Positions 9,980-19,431 of a DNA stretch of 60,000 nucleotides are shown piece after piece; position 1 is the first letter of the stretch; each line of letters starts with the position of its first letter. Made by a program: the position numbers and the translations under genes. The stretch is from Squalus acanthias. Taxonomy: Eukaryota. Under the pieces are notes generated by a model that did not search any database, was not told the DNA's origin, and saw nothing but the letters and a program-made list of their open reading frames with translations. The stretch is taken from assembly GCA_030390025.1 (NCBI GenBank), contig CM059433.1, forward strand, positions 8,992,001-9,052,000, in the 5' to 3' direction.

Positions 9980-12900
9980 ATGAAGATAACCATAGCCAGC
10001 CTCAACATCAACGGCAGCAGGGAGGCGCGCCGTAGATTCAATAACTTCTCGGTCCTTCGGGACGGGAAATATGCGGTGTGCTTCCTGCAAGAAACCCACA
10101 CCGTTCCGGGAGACGAGGCCACGTGGCTCCTGGAGTGGCAAGGAGGGGTCAGCATGAGTCACCTCTCCAACAATTCCTGCGGGGTGGCTGTCTTGCTGGC
10201 CCCGCATTTTCAGCCGGAGATCTTGAGGGTCAAGGAGCACGTGCCGGGCCGCTTGCTCCAGGTCACTGTTCGCCTGGGAGGCGTGCCGCTCCATTTAGTG
10301 AACGTGTACGCCCCCCGGACCGGTGCGCAGCAAGTGCGCTTCTTCGGAGAAGTGTCCGCTCTTCTGGGCTCCATCGACGTGGGCGAGTGCGTCATCCTCG
10401 GGGGGGATTTCAATTGTACCCTCGAGGCGCGGGACCGGTCGGGTCCCCCGCGAAGCCCGGCGGCGATGGAGAAGTTGCGGGACCTGGTCGGGTCCTTCGA
10501 CTTGGTGGACGTCTGGCGAAATCTCCATCCCGACTCCAGCGCCTTCACGAGCGTGAGGTCTGGAGGAGGAAGGTCCAGAATCGACCGCCTTTACATTTCC
10601 CGGGCGTACGTCTCCTGCGTTCCGGCGGCTTCCATGCGGCCGGTGCCGTGCACGGACCACCACCTGGTGTGGGCGGAGCTCGCTCCGCTGCGCGCGCGGG
10701 GGGGGTCCGCGTACTGGCATTTTAACAACCTGCTGCTGGAGGACGCGCGGTTCCGGGATTCGTTTCGCCGGTTCTGGGCCGACTGGAGAAGGAAGCGGGG
10801 AGGCTTCCCCTCCTTGAGGCTATGGTGGGACGTGGGCAAGGCTCACGTCCGCGTCTTCTGTCAGGAGTACGCGAAGGGGTCGACCAAGAGGCGGGAGGCC
10901 CGGGTCGGGCGATTGGAGAAAGAAGTGCTCGACCTGGAGTCCCGTCTCGGTCAGGTCGTCGAGGACCCGGCCCTGCGGAAGGTGTACGAAGAGAAGAAGG
11001 GCGCGCTGAAGGACCTGCAGCTGGTCGGGTCCCGAGGCGCGTACGTGAGGTCGCGGATCCAGTTCCTGCGGGACCTGGACCGCGGCTCCCCCTTCTTCTA
11101 CTCGCTGGAAAAAAGACGGGGGGTCCGTAAGCAGCTCTTGGGGCTGCTGGCCGACGACGGATCTCTGGTCTCGGATCCGGAGGGCATCAGCGCGGAGGCC
11201 CGGGCCTATTACGGGGCTCTGTTCTCTTCGGATCCGTCCAGCGAGGATGCGCGCAGAGTTTTGTGGGAGGACCTGCCGAAGGTCGGCCCGGAGGGCGCCG
11301 AGAATTTAGAAGCTCCGCTAAGCCTGGCGGAGCTGACCGGCGCCCTGCGCCAGCTCTCGAGGGGCAAGTCCCCGGGGCTGGACGGGCTGACCGTGGAGTT
11401 CCACAGGGCGTTCTGGGACGTCTTGGGGGACGACTACGCGCGGGTCCTGGGGGAAAGTCTGGCGACCGGGGAGATGCCCCTCTCTTGGCGCAGGGCGGTC
11501 ATCGTCCTGCTGCCCAAGAAGGGCGATCTCCGCCTACTTAAGAACTGGCGCCCGGTCTCCCTCCTCAGCACGGACTACAAAATTTTCGCCAGGGCTATGT
11601 CTGCTCGCCTTGGCACCGTGCTGGCCCGCATGATCCACCCCGACCAGTCCTACACGGTCCCGGGCCGGAGTATCCACGATAACATCCATCTGGTCCGGGA
11701 CCTGGTCCACCATTCCCAGAGGGCTGGTCTGTCGGTCGCCTTCCTTTCCCTGGATCAGGAGAAGGCGTTCGACAGGGTGGATCACGAGTATCTTTTCGGG
11801 ACTCTGCGCGCATTCGGGTTCGGGACGCATTTCGTCGCCCGGATCCGACTTCTGTACGCCGCCGCGGAGTGTCTGATTAAAGTTAACGGGTCTTTGACGG
11901 CGCCCCTTCGCTTCGGGAGGGGGGTGCGTCAGGGATGCCCCATGTCCGGTCAGTTATACGCCGTTTGCGTGGAGCCTTTCCTGCGCCTCTTGCGGAAGAG
12001 GTTGACGGGACTGGCTCTGCAAGGGCCGGGCGTGGAGGTGGTCCTCTCGGCTTACGCCGATGACGTGCTCCTCGCGGTCACGGATCCCGTCGACTTGCGG
12101 AGGATGCGAGAATGCCAGCAGATTTACTCGGACGCATCCTCCGCCAAGATCAACTGGGAGAAATGTTCTGGACTCCTGGTGGGCCCATGGCGGGTGGACT
12201 CCCTGCCGGAGGAGTTCGGGCCTTTCGCCTGGAGCACCACGCACCTCCTCTACCTGGGAGTCTACCTCAGCCCGGCCGAGGACGCCTGGCCGGCGAACTG
12301 GCAAGAGCTGGAGGCCAAAGTCACCGCTCGCCTAGGACGCTGGACAGGACTGCTCCGAGTGTTGTCCTACAGGGGTCGAGCGCTGGTCATAAACCAGCTG
12401 GTGGCCGCCATGTTGTGGTACCGGTTGGTCACTTTGATCCCTCCCCCTGCGTTTGTCGCCAAGATGCAGAAGAAGCTCGTCGACTTCTTCTGGGACAAAA
12501 GGAAGCACTGGGTCTCTGCCGCGGTTTTGAGTCTCCCGCTTAGGGAGGGCGGTCAGGCGCTGGTGTGCCTTCGCACCCAGGCGGCGACTTTCCGTCTTCA
12601 GACGCTGCAGAGATACCTGTACGTGGAGAATCCTCCTAGGTGGCGTGCGCTGGCGACGTATTTCTTCCGCCAGCTGCACGGCCTCAATTACGACACGCAG
12701 CTCCTGTTTGTGAGAGTGGGTGGCACGCGTGCCAGCCTGCGGGAGCTGCCTGTCTTCTACCAGGAACTGCTATGGGTTTGGAACAGCGTCGCCTCCGAGC
12801 GCAGTTCTCCCCCGTCAGGAGCGGCGGCCGTCCTTCGGGAGCCGCTGTTCAGGAATCCGCACCTCCACGACCGCGGGTTCGGCTGGCTGGCGGAGGGCAG

Positions 12901-13879
12901 GGCTGTGCCCGGTAAGGTGACCAGAGTCGGGGACCTGCTCGATGGCGGAGGAGCGGGCTGGATGGCGCCGGAGGAGTTGGCGAGGCGCATGTCTTGGGTC
13001 AACGTCCGGCTCGCGGTCAAAGCCATCGAGTCGCTAAAAGTGGCACTGGGCCCCGTCTCCACTAGGTGTGTCGAGGAGGCTCAAGCACGTGGGGCGATCC
13101 CGTCCGAACTGACCCCCGTTCGGACGGAATTCCTTATCGGCGCCCGGCCCCGAATCCTCCCTCGGGAGCCGCCGCCTCACCACTTGAGCCTTCTCGGAGA
13201 AATGCCCTCCGTGCCCTTTCAATCCGCACGGAGGCGTTTCCTGTACGGGCTGCTCCTGCACACTCTCCACTTTGCCATCTTCGTCTGCCGTCCGGACACG
13301 CCTTGGCGTACCATCCTGCCGTCCGGCGGAGGCGAAGGTCCCCATTGGAAGGCTCTCTACGCGGGAGTCTTCCCTTGTTCTATTGGGGACTTGGCCTGGA
13401 GGGTGTTGCACGGAGCAGTCCCGTGCAATAGGATTTTAAGTAGGTTTACGGACTCCCAGGCTGCTTGTCATTTCTGCGGCCTAGAGGAGTCCGTCTATCA
13501 CATTTATATTGAGTGTGAGAGGTTGCAGCCCCTCTTTCATTATTTGAAGGGGCTGCTCCTCAATTTCTGGTTGCACTTCAGCCCCACGCTCCTGATCTAC
13601 GGTCACCCGGTGCGGAGGGGAGCGGGTAGGTCGGAGGACCTCCTCGTAGGACTGCTCCTGGGCCTGGCCAAGAAAGCCATTAATTGGTCCAGGCAGCGGG
13701 CGGTCGAGGGGGTCGTTCGGCCCGATTGCCTGCCTCTCTTCCGCGGCCATGTTCGCGCCCGGGTGGCCCTGGAGATGGAGCACGCGGTGTCCGCCGGCAC
13801 GCTTGAGTTTTTCCGCGACCGGTGGGCGCCGCGGGGACTGGAGTGCATCGTCACCCCGGATTTCCAAATTTTGATTTGA
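9980..13879 (+). CDS. Tx1 ORF2p (APE-RT-ZnF), copy 2
   Basis: Intact. In the ORF track it differs from copy 1 at RIQLL/RIQFL and HIYVE/HIYIE. Confidence 0.96.
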   Translation: MKITIASLNINGSREARRRFNNFSVLRDGKYAVCFLQETHTVPGDEATWLLEWQGGVSMSHLSNNSCGVAVLLAPHFQPEILRVKEHVPGRLLQVTVRLGGVPLHLVNVYAPRTGAQQVRFFGEVSALLGSIDVGECVILGGDFNCTLEARDRSGPPRSPAAMEKLRDLVGSFDLVDVWRNLHPDSSAFTSVRSGGGRSRIDRLYISRAYVSCVPAASMRPVPCTDHHLVWAELAPLRARGGSAYWHFNNLLLEDARFRDSFRRFWADWRRKRGGFPSLRLWWDVGKAHVRVFCQEYAKGSTKRREARVGRLEKEVLDLESRLGQVVEDPALRKVYEEKKGALKDLQLVGSRGAYVRSRIQFLRDLDRGSPFFYSLEKRRGVRKQLLGLLADDGSLVSDPEGISAEARAYYGALFSSDPSSEDARRVLWEDLPKVGPEGAENLEAPLSLAELTGALRQLSRGKSPGLDGLTVEFHRAFWDVLGDDYARVLGESLATGEMPLSWRRAVIVLLPKKGDLRLLKNWRPVSLLSTDYKIFARAMSARLGTVLARMIHPDQSYTVPGRSIHDNIHLVRDLVHHSQRAGLSVAFLSLDQEKAFDRVDHEYLFGTLRAFGFGTHFVARIRLLYAAAECLIKVNGSLTAPLRFGRGVRQGCPMSGQLYAVCVEPFLRLLRKRLTGLALQGPGVEVVLSAYADDVLLAVTDPVDLRRMRECQQIYSDASSAKINWEKCSGLLVGPWRVDSLPEEFGPFAWSTTHLLYLGVYLSPAEDAWPANWQELEAKVTARLGRWTGLLRVLSYRGRALVINQLVAAMLWYRLVTLIPPPAFVAKMQKKLVDFFWDKRKHWVSAAVLSLPLREGGQALVCLRTQAATFRLQTLQRYLYVENPPRWRALATYFFRQLHGLNYDTQLLFVRVGGTRASLRELPVFYQELLWVWNSVASERSSPPSGAAAVLREPLFRNPHLHDRGFGWLAEGRAVPGKVTRVGDLLDGGGAGWMAPEELARRMSWVNVRLAVKAIESLKVALGPVSTRCVEEAQARGAIPSELTPVRTEFLIGARPRILPREPPPHHLSLLGEMPSVPFQSARRRFLYGLLLHTLHFAIFVCRPDTPWRTILPSGGGEGPHWKALYAGVFPCSIGDLAWRVLHGAVPCNRILSRFTDSQAACHFCGLEESVYHIYIECERLQPLFHYLKGLLLNFWLHFSPTLLIYGHPVRRGAGRSEDLLVGLLLGLAKKAINWSRQRAVEGVVRPDCLPLFRGHVRARVALEMEHAVSAGTLEFFRDRWAPRGLECIVTPDFQILI

Positions 13880-13982
13880 TTTGTTAAGTTTCATTTAAAG
13901 TTTTAATTGATTTGCAGTAAATTTGTGTTTGTCCAACCAAAAAGATCAACACCAGGTTATAGTCCAACAGATTTATTTAATT

Positions 13983-14021
13983 TTACAAGCTTTCGGAGCT
14001 GTTCGCTCCTTCTTCAGGTAA
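13983..14021 (-). ncRNA. Minimal type I hammerhead ribozyme (Penelope-associated)
   Basis: Minus strand UUAC-CUGAAGA-A-GGAGC(GAACA)GCUCC-GAA-AGCU-U-GUAA: stem I UUAC/GUAA, CUGANGA and GAAA cores, palindromic AGCU stem III, CUU cleavage triplet. Confidence 0.85.
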
Positions 14022-14241
14022 GGTAGCTGTGAGAGAATCTCCCAGAATTCACAATATAAACACAGAAAAAATCTATTCAAATCTTTCCCTACATCAAAGA
14101 CACACTAAGAGCACAGCCAAGACAATGAGATGTGTCCCAGGGGGTCCAATGTGTCAAAACACCTGCTGGCCGCATATCCTCTCCATTTGTTGTGTTAGTC
14201 TTTTTAAAACAAAACCTGGAAAGACCGGCCATGATGTCAAG

Positions 14242-15617
14242 TCACGTTCTGTATCGTGACATGAACCCGATATCGCGATTGAGGCCATCCTCATGAGTGC
14301 GGAACTTGGCTATCAGTTTCTGCTCTATGACTTTGCGCTGTCGTGTATCCCGAAGGCCGCCTTGGAGAACGCTTACCCGCAGATCCGAGGCTGAATGCCC
14401 CTGACTGCTGAAGTGTTCCCCGACTGGGAGGCAACCCTCCTGCCTGGCGATTGTTGCGCGGTGTCCGTTCATACGTTGTCTCAGTGTCTGCATGGTCTCG
14501 CCGATGTACCATGCTCTGGAGCATCCTTTACTGCAACGTATCAGGTAGACAACGTTGGCCGAGTCACATGAGTATGTACCATGTACCTGGTGGGTAGTGT
14601 CCTCACGTGTGATGATGGTATCTGTGTCCATGATTTGGCATGTCTTGCAGAGGTTGCCGTGGCAGGGTTGTGTGGTGTCGTGGTTGCTGTTCTCCTGAAA
14701 GATGGGTAATCTGCTGCGAACGATGGTACTTTTGAGGTTAGGCGGCTGCTTGAAGGCGAGTAGTGGAGGCGTGGGGATGGCCTTAGCAAGGTGTTCGTCG
14801 TCATCGATGACATGTTGAAGGCTGCGAAGAACATGGCGTAGTTTTTCCACTCCGGGGAAGTACTGGACGACGTAGGGTACTTTGTTGGTTGTGTCCCGTG
14901 TTCGTCTTCTGAGGAGGTCTATGCGGTTTTTCGCTGTGGCCCGTCGGAACTGTCGATCGACGAGTCGAGCGTCATATCCCGTTCTTATGAGGGTGTCTTT
15001 CAGTGTCCGTAAGTGTCCATCGCGTTCCTCCTCGTCTGAGCAGATCCTGTGTATTCGCAGGGCTTGTCCATAGGGGATGGCTTCTTTAACGTGGTTAGGG
15101 TGGAAGCTGGAGAAGTGGAGCATCGTGAGGTTGTCCGTGGGCTTGCGGTAGAGTGAAGTGCTGAGGCGTCCGTCTTTGATGGAGATTCGTGTGTCCAAGA
15201 ATGAAACCGATTCTGAGGAGTAGTCCATGGTGAGTTTGATGGTGGGATGGAACCTGTTGATGCTATCGTGTAGTCCTTTCAGTGATCCTTCGCCGTGGGT
15301 CCAAAGGAAGAAGATGTCGTCGATGTATCTGGTGTACAGCGTTGGTTGGAGGTCCTGTGCAGCGAAGAAGTCTTGCTCGAACTTGTGCATGAAGATGTTG
15401 GCGTATTGGGGTGCGAATTTGGTCCCCATGGCTGTTCCGTGTGTTTGGGTAAAAAAATGGTTGTCGAAGGTGAAGACATTGTGGTCAAGGATGAAGCGGA
15501 TGAGTTGTAGGATGGCGTCCGGAGATTGGCTGTTGTTGGTGTTGAGTACTGAGGCTGTCGCAGCGATGCCGTCATTGTGGGGGATATTGGTGTAGAGTGC
15601 CGATACGTCCATCGTGA
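14242..15617 (-). pseudogene. Penelope-like RT (partial) + GIY-YIG endonuclease ORF, 5'-truncated but uninterrupted
   Basis: ORF track 14242..15633. RT starts abruptly at the motif-A region, and the ATG at 15633 appears to come from flanking DNA. Confidence 0.85.
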
Positions 15618-16087
15618 AATCCAAACAAGGCATGATTTTGCTTTTGTTACATTAGATTATAAAAATGCACAAAACCGTAAAAGGCCATCGTTTGAATGAT
15701 TTCCATCGATGCAATTCACAGAAATGATAGGCTCCCAGGCGTCCTACATACTCGCTTAAAACACGTCAAATTAGTTGTTTTACCTGAGCTCTTCAATTTT
15801 GCAAACAGAATGTGTTGAGATCTCTTGCTGAGCCCAGTAGAGTAAAACTATACAGCTTTTTGCATAAAATATTTGCATCGAGAGAACAATGGTAAAAACC
15901 GGCAATGGCAAGGCGAGTGTTTAAACGGTCAACAAATGGAAGAGTGAAAGTCCTGCAACCCAACTTGGAAACACAATTGAATTTCAAATCCGCATCAAAC
16001 ACCAACTGCGGACACGATTATCAGCATCAAGTCAAAACGGCGTCGACAAGCACAAAAGGCATTTTTTTTTGATGTGCGAGTGCAACT

Positions 16088-16549
16088 GTGTCAGCTGTGG
16101 CTCAGTGGGTAGCGCACTCGCCTCTGAGTCAGAAGGTTGTGGGTTCATAGTCCCACTCCAGAGACTTGAGCACATAAAGCTAGGCTGACACTCCAGTGCA
16201 GTGCTGAGGGAGTGCCGCACTGTCAGAGGTGCCGTCTTTCAGATGAGACGTTAAACCGAGGCCCCGTCTGCCCTCTCAGGTGGATGTAAACGATCCCATG
16301 GCACTATTTCGAAGAAGAGCAGGGGAATTGTCCCCAGTGTCCTGGCCAATATTTATCCCTCAACCAACATAACAAAAAAAACAGATTATCTGGTCATTTT
16401 CACATTGCTGTTTGTGGGAGCTTGCTGTGCGCAAATTGGCTGCCGCATTTCTCACATTACAACAGTGACTACACTTCAAAAGTACTTCATTGACTGTAAA
16501 GCGCTTTGAGACGTCCGAAGGTCGTAAATGCAAGTCTTTCTTTCTTTTT
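16088..16549 (+). mobile_element. tRNA-derived DeuSINE (SacSINE1-like)
   Basis: A-box TGGCTCAGTGG, B-box-like GGTTCATAGTCC, Deu-domain-like core (GGTGCCGTCTTTC.GATGAGACG...GAAGAAGAGCAGGGG), L2-like tail. Three more copies in the window. Confidence 0.8.
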
Positions 16550-16572
16550 CAACTGAAAGAAGTGTACTGAGG

Positions 16573-16681
16573 CAACAACAGAAGATGCTGGAAATGCTCA
16601 GCAGGTCAGGCAGCATCTGTAGAGAGAGAAACAGAGTTAACGTTTCAGGTCGATGACCCTTCGTCAGAACTGGAAAAAGTT
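16573..16681 (-). mobile_element. Penelope-type terminal repeat fragment (second family) containing a hammerhead at 16635-16671
   Basis: Minus strand AGUU-CUGACGA-AG-GGUC(AUC)GACC-U-GAA-ACGU-U-AACU. Inverted partner at 16993-17133. Confidence 0.75.
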
Positions 16682-16992
16682 AGAGATGCCTCAGAATTGA
16701 TGGGGAGGGGCAGCTACTTTACTTCTCCTCCCCACAGGAAGATGGGAGTCAGCTGCTGCAGTTATATGCATGAGGTATTTGGAGACAACCAAAGTGCTGA
16801 ATAGAAAGAAAGCTGAAAGTCTGCACCTTAGTTCGTACATTTTGCTCTGGGTATGTTGTGGATATGGGAGTGCTGGATTGCTCAATTGCTTGAGTGATGA
16901 ACTTGGGACCAGAAAATCCTGGGTTCGAATCTCGGCAAAGTTCAATTACCCTTTCCCTGCCCCCACACGTGCTTAAATATCTGTTACTTCGC

Positions 16993-17133
16993 CAACTTTT
17001 TCCAGTTCTGACGAAGGGTCGACCTGAAACGTTAACTCTGTTTCTCTCTCCGCCATGCTGCCTGACCTGCTGAGTGTTTCCAGCATTTTCTGTTGTTGTT
17101 TCAGATTTCCAGCATCCGCAGTATTTTGCTATT
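16993..17133 (+). mobile_element. Penelope-type terminal repeat fragment containing a hammerhead at 17004-17037
   Basis: AGTT-CTGACGA-AGGGTCGACCT-GAA-ACGT-T-AACT followed by the same downstream repeat as the reverse complement of 16573-16681. Confidence 0.75.
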
Positions 17134-17188
17134 GTGCAAGTGCACCGAGGATTTGGCTCAGAGACCAGACATTAGCTGTAACTATTCC

Positions 17189-17404
17189 CCAAGATTGTTT
17201 GCAGAACCTTATCTCGCCAACTAATTTCATTTTTTGTTTCTCTTCTTCATGTGACCGGAATAAAGTACAGGGAAAGCTTTTGTGGAAGTCAAAGGTCGTT
17301 ACAGATGGATGCACTTTAGAGAGTTATCTGCTGATGGTTTTGATCTGAGAAGTTTAGAAAAGAATATAATCACCACTTTTTAAAGGGCTGAAAAAAATAT
17401 GGGA
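17189..17404 (+). repeat. Local diverged direct repeat, copy A (partner 18633-18875)
   Basis: Shared blocks CCAAGATTGTTTGCAGAACCTTATCTCGCCA, GTGACCGGAATAAAGT.CAGGGAAAGCTTTTGTGG, AGTTATCTGCTGATGGTTT, AAAGAATATAATC. Confidence 0.85.
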
Positions 17405-17679
17405 GGTGGGTGAAGCCGTATGGTGATAAAACTCTCCAGTGCAAGAAACACCTATGGTACATGGTGCAGTGGTGATGTGGGAGTGTGTGCAGTCTGGATG
17501 CTTTGCTGCTTTGCTGCCTGGGAAGAGCGAGGTCGGCCGGGTTTCCCCAGTGCCCTGTCCCGAAGCCCCGCCCCCCCGGGGCCCGGATTGCTACAAGAGT
17601 CGCGCGACACTGCCGGCTCCGGGCAGAAGGGGCACGCGACAGGCGCGTGGCAGCGGCGCCCACCCGCCCGGTTAGCAAA

Positions 17680-18041
17680 GCGCTTGCAAAAAAAAAACCG
17701 GCGACTCGCTGCAGCCCAGGCGCTTGCAAAAGACTGGCGACTTGCTGCAGCCCAGGCGCTTGCAAAAAACCGGCGACTTGCTGCAGCCCAGGCGCTTGCA
17801 AAAAACCGGCGACTTGCTGCAGCCCAAGCACTTGCAAACCGGCGACTTGCAAAACCGGCGACTTGCTGCAGCCCAGGCGCTTGCAAAAAACCGGCGACTT
17901 GCTGCAGCCCAAGCGCTTGCAAACCGGCGACTTGCTGCAGCCCAGGCGCTTGCAAACCGGCGACTTGCTGCAGCCCAAGCGCTTGCAAACCGGCGACTCG
18001 CTGCAGCCCAGGCGCTTGCAAACCGGCGAATTGCTGCAGCC
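17680..18041. repeat. GC-rich 33/36-bp minisatellite (~11 units)
   Basis: Unit GCGCTTGCAAA(AAA)CCGGCGACTTGCTGCAGCCCA(G/A); explains the repetitive ORFs in several frames. Confidence 0.95.
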
Positions 18042-18632
18042 GTCCGGCGGGGCAACCGGGACCAAAACTCGTCCCCACCCACCCACTGAAAGAGCAGCGG
18101 GAAGACCAGCTTTCCAGTGATGGGTAATGTGCACAGGAGCTGGGTTGTTACTAGTGGTAATGTCGGGATGTTTATTATTTTTTGTTGGTTCATCTTGCAA
18201 TCATATTCCATCTGTTTCACCAGTGAGAGAACTCGAGCCGCTTCTGGATAGGATCAAACAGTCTTTAAAGAGTTACTGAGATTACCCCCTCCTCCTCCTA
18301 GAATTGTTGAGTCATCTTTCTGAGTAACAAGTTGAAACTGTTGCTCCAGCTGCCTTTAGTCACACTGGGGATGATTTTCTCGCAGATGGTCGGCATATAG
18401 TGGGGAGCTTGTGATGCGATTTTTGGTCTCTCACATAGGGCGCTTTATGTGAGAAACTGTATATGTAAAAAAAAATCACTTTTGAGGAGGTTGCCTGCAG
18501 CATTCTTCACGGCTCTTTCTGATGCCTGATTGTCTGTGCAGCTGGACAAAGCCAGGACAACAGTAAAAAGAAAGGCGGGTCAGACTTCCTGACGCCAGCC
18601 CCAAGAAGAGCTCCCACCAACTCTGCGGCCGG

Positions 18633-18875
18633 CCAAGATTGTTTGCAGAACCTTATCTCGCCAGCAAATTTTCACCCCCCCCCCCCTCTCTCTCTTGTGA
18701 CCGGAATAAAGTGCAGGGAAAGCTTTTGTGGTCGTTCCAGATGGGGGCAGTTATCTGCTGATGGTTTAGATCGAAGAAGTTTAGCAAAGAATATAATCGA
18801 AACTTTTTAAGGGGTGGGAGAAAAAAAAAGTTGTGTGACTCGATGACAACTTTTTAAGGGGTGGAAAAATATGGA
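18633..18875 (+). repeat. Local diverged direct repeat, copy B
   Basis: Alignable to 17189-17404 with indels. Confidence 0.85.
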
Positions 18876-19330
18876 ATGTTTCACGTAAATTTTGAACATT
18901 GTGTACCCGATTTTTCTTTTTACTCAAATTATATTGCTTCTATCTTAATTTTATTTAAAATCTGAATGCTTATACTTAAAATCAGAGCAGAAACATTTTA
19001 TTTTAAAAACACAAGTTTGGTCGGGACTGATCATTCTGGTATCTTTTGTTGCCTTTGTCGCCCTGCAGCTGCAAGCCATATTGCATCCTATTTGTGCATG
19101 GAAAAAAAACTCCTGCCCACTAAACGTTAACTTTACAAATGCAAATAGTGCAGGTGTGCGGACCCCCCCCCCCCCCCCCGCCTTTTTTTTTAAAAAGAGG
19201 AGGCCGGGGTGGCGAATTCAATGGCTGGTATGGAATGGGGCGGTGAGTGAATGGCGAGGCAGCCGCCGCTTGCTTGCCTGCTACTTGCTGCTTGCCCTTG
19301 TTGCGGCGGGGATGATTGACAGCTCCCGTT

Positions 19331-19431
19331 GCCATGGCAGCCGCCTGAGCGGCGCCGCGCTGACTGGCTGGAGGAGGGGGGGGAGGCCCGCTGTGAATGG
19401 GTGACGTCATGGGGCTGGCGCCAGCGAGGCG
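19331..19431 (+). promoter_or_regulatory. ID-gene BMP-responsive enhancer (Smad1/5 GGCGCC sites + CRE)
   Basis: GCCATGGCAGCCGCCTGAGCGGCGCC (GGCGCC 19351-19356), TGACGTCA 19402-19409 and TGGCGCC 19416-19422. This arrangement is known from vertebrate Id1/Id2/Id3 BMP response elements; it lies about 3.1 kb upstream of the ID2 TATA box. Confidence 0.8.

Larger units (their letters stand above)
6798..13946 (+). mobile_element. Tx1-clade non-LTR retrotransposon, copy 2 (apparently full length)
   Basis: Head-to-tail repeat of copy 1 at a ~7170 bp offset. About 1 kb 5' UTR with (CAG)9 near its start; ends ...CAACCAAAAAGAT. Flanked by identical 24-mers at 6774-6797 and 13947-13970. The exact 5' boundary is inferred. 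Confidence 0.93.
13947..15617 (-). mobile_element. 5'-truncated Penelope-like retroelement (RT + GIY-YIG, 3' end with hammerhead)
   Basis: ORF with TMDVSALYTNIP, GTAMG and YIDD RT motifs plus GIY-YIG endonuclease (VYLIRC..C...YIGET), followed by a 3' UTR with a hammerhead core and AATAAA. Confidence 0.93.

Noticed and set aside
774..13894. Many overlapping antisense and alternate-frame ORFs inside the Tx1 copies
   Set aside because: Expected shadows of GC-rich coding sequence; no recognisable motifs.
1..13946. Tandem Tx1 copies as an assembly artefact
   Set aside because: The copies differ by clustered, mostly synonymous changes and have distinct downstream sequences; long-read confirmation is still advisable.
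14242..15633. Penelope ORF as a complete or domesticated gene
   Set aside because: The RT N-terminus is missing and the start codon comes from the flank; best explained as a young 5'-truncated insertion.
16088..16165. tRNA genes at SINE heads (also 29030-29102, 48613-48690, 53170-53240)
   Set aside because: They continue into SINE bodies, and no convincing cloverleaf or terminator is evident.
17370..18220. Repetitive 120-276 aa ORFs; superficially a CRISPR-like array
   Set aside because: Produced by a 33/36-bp minisatellite with no unique spacers; vertebrate DNA with no cas genes.
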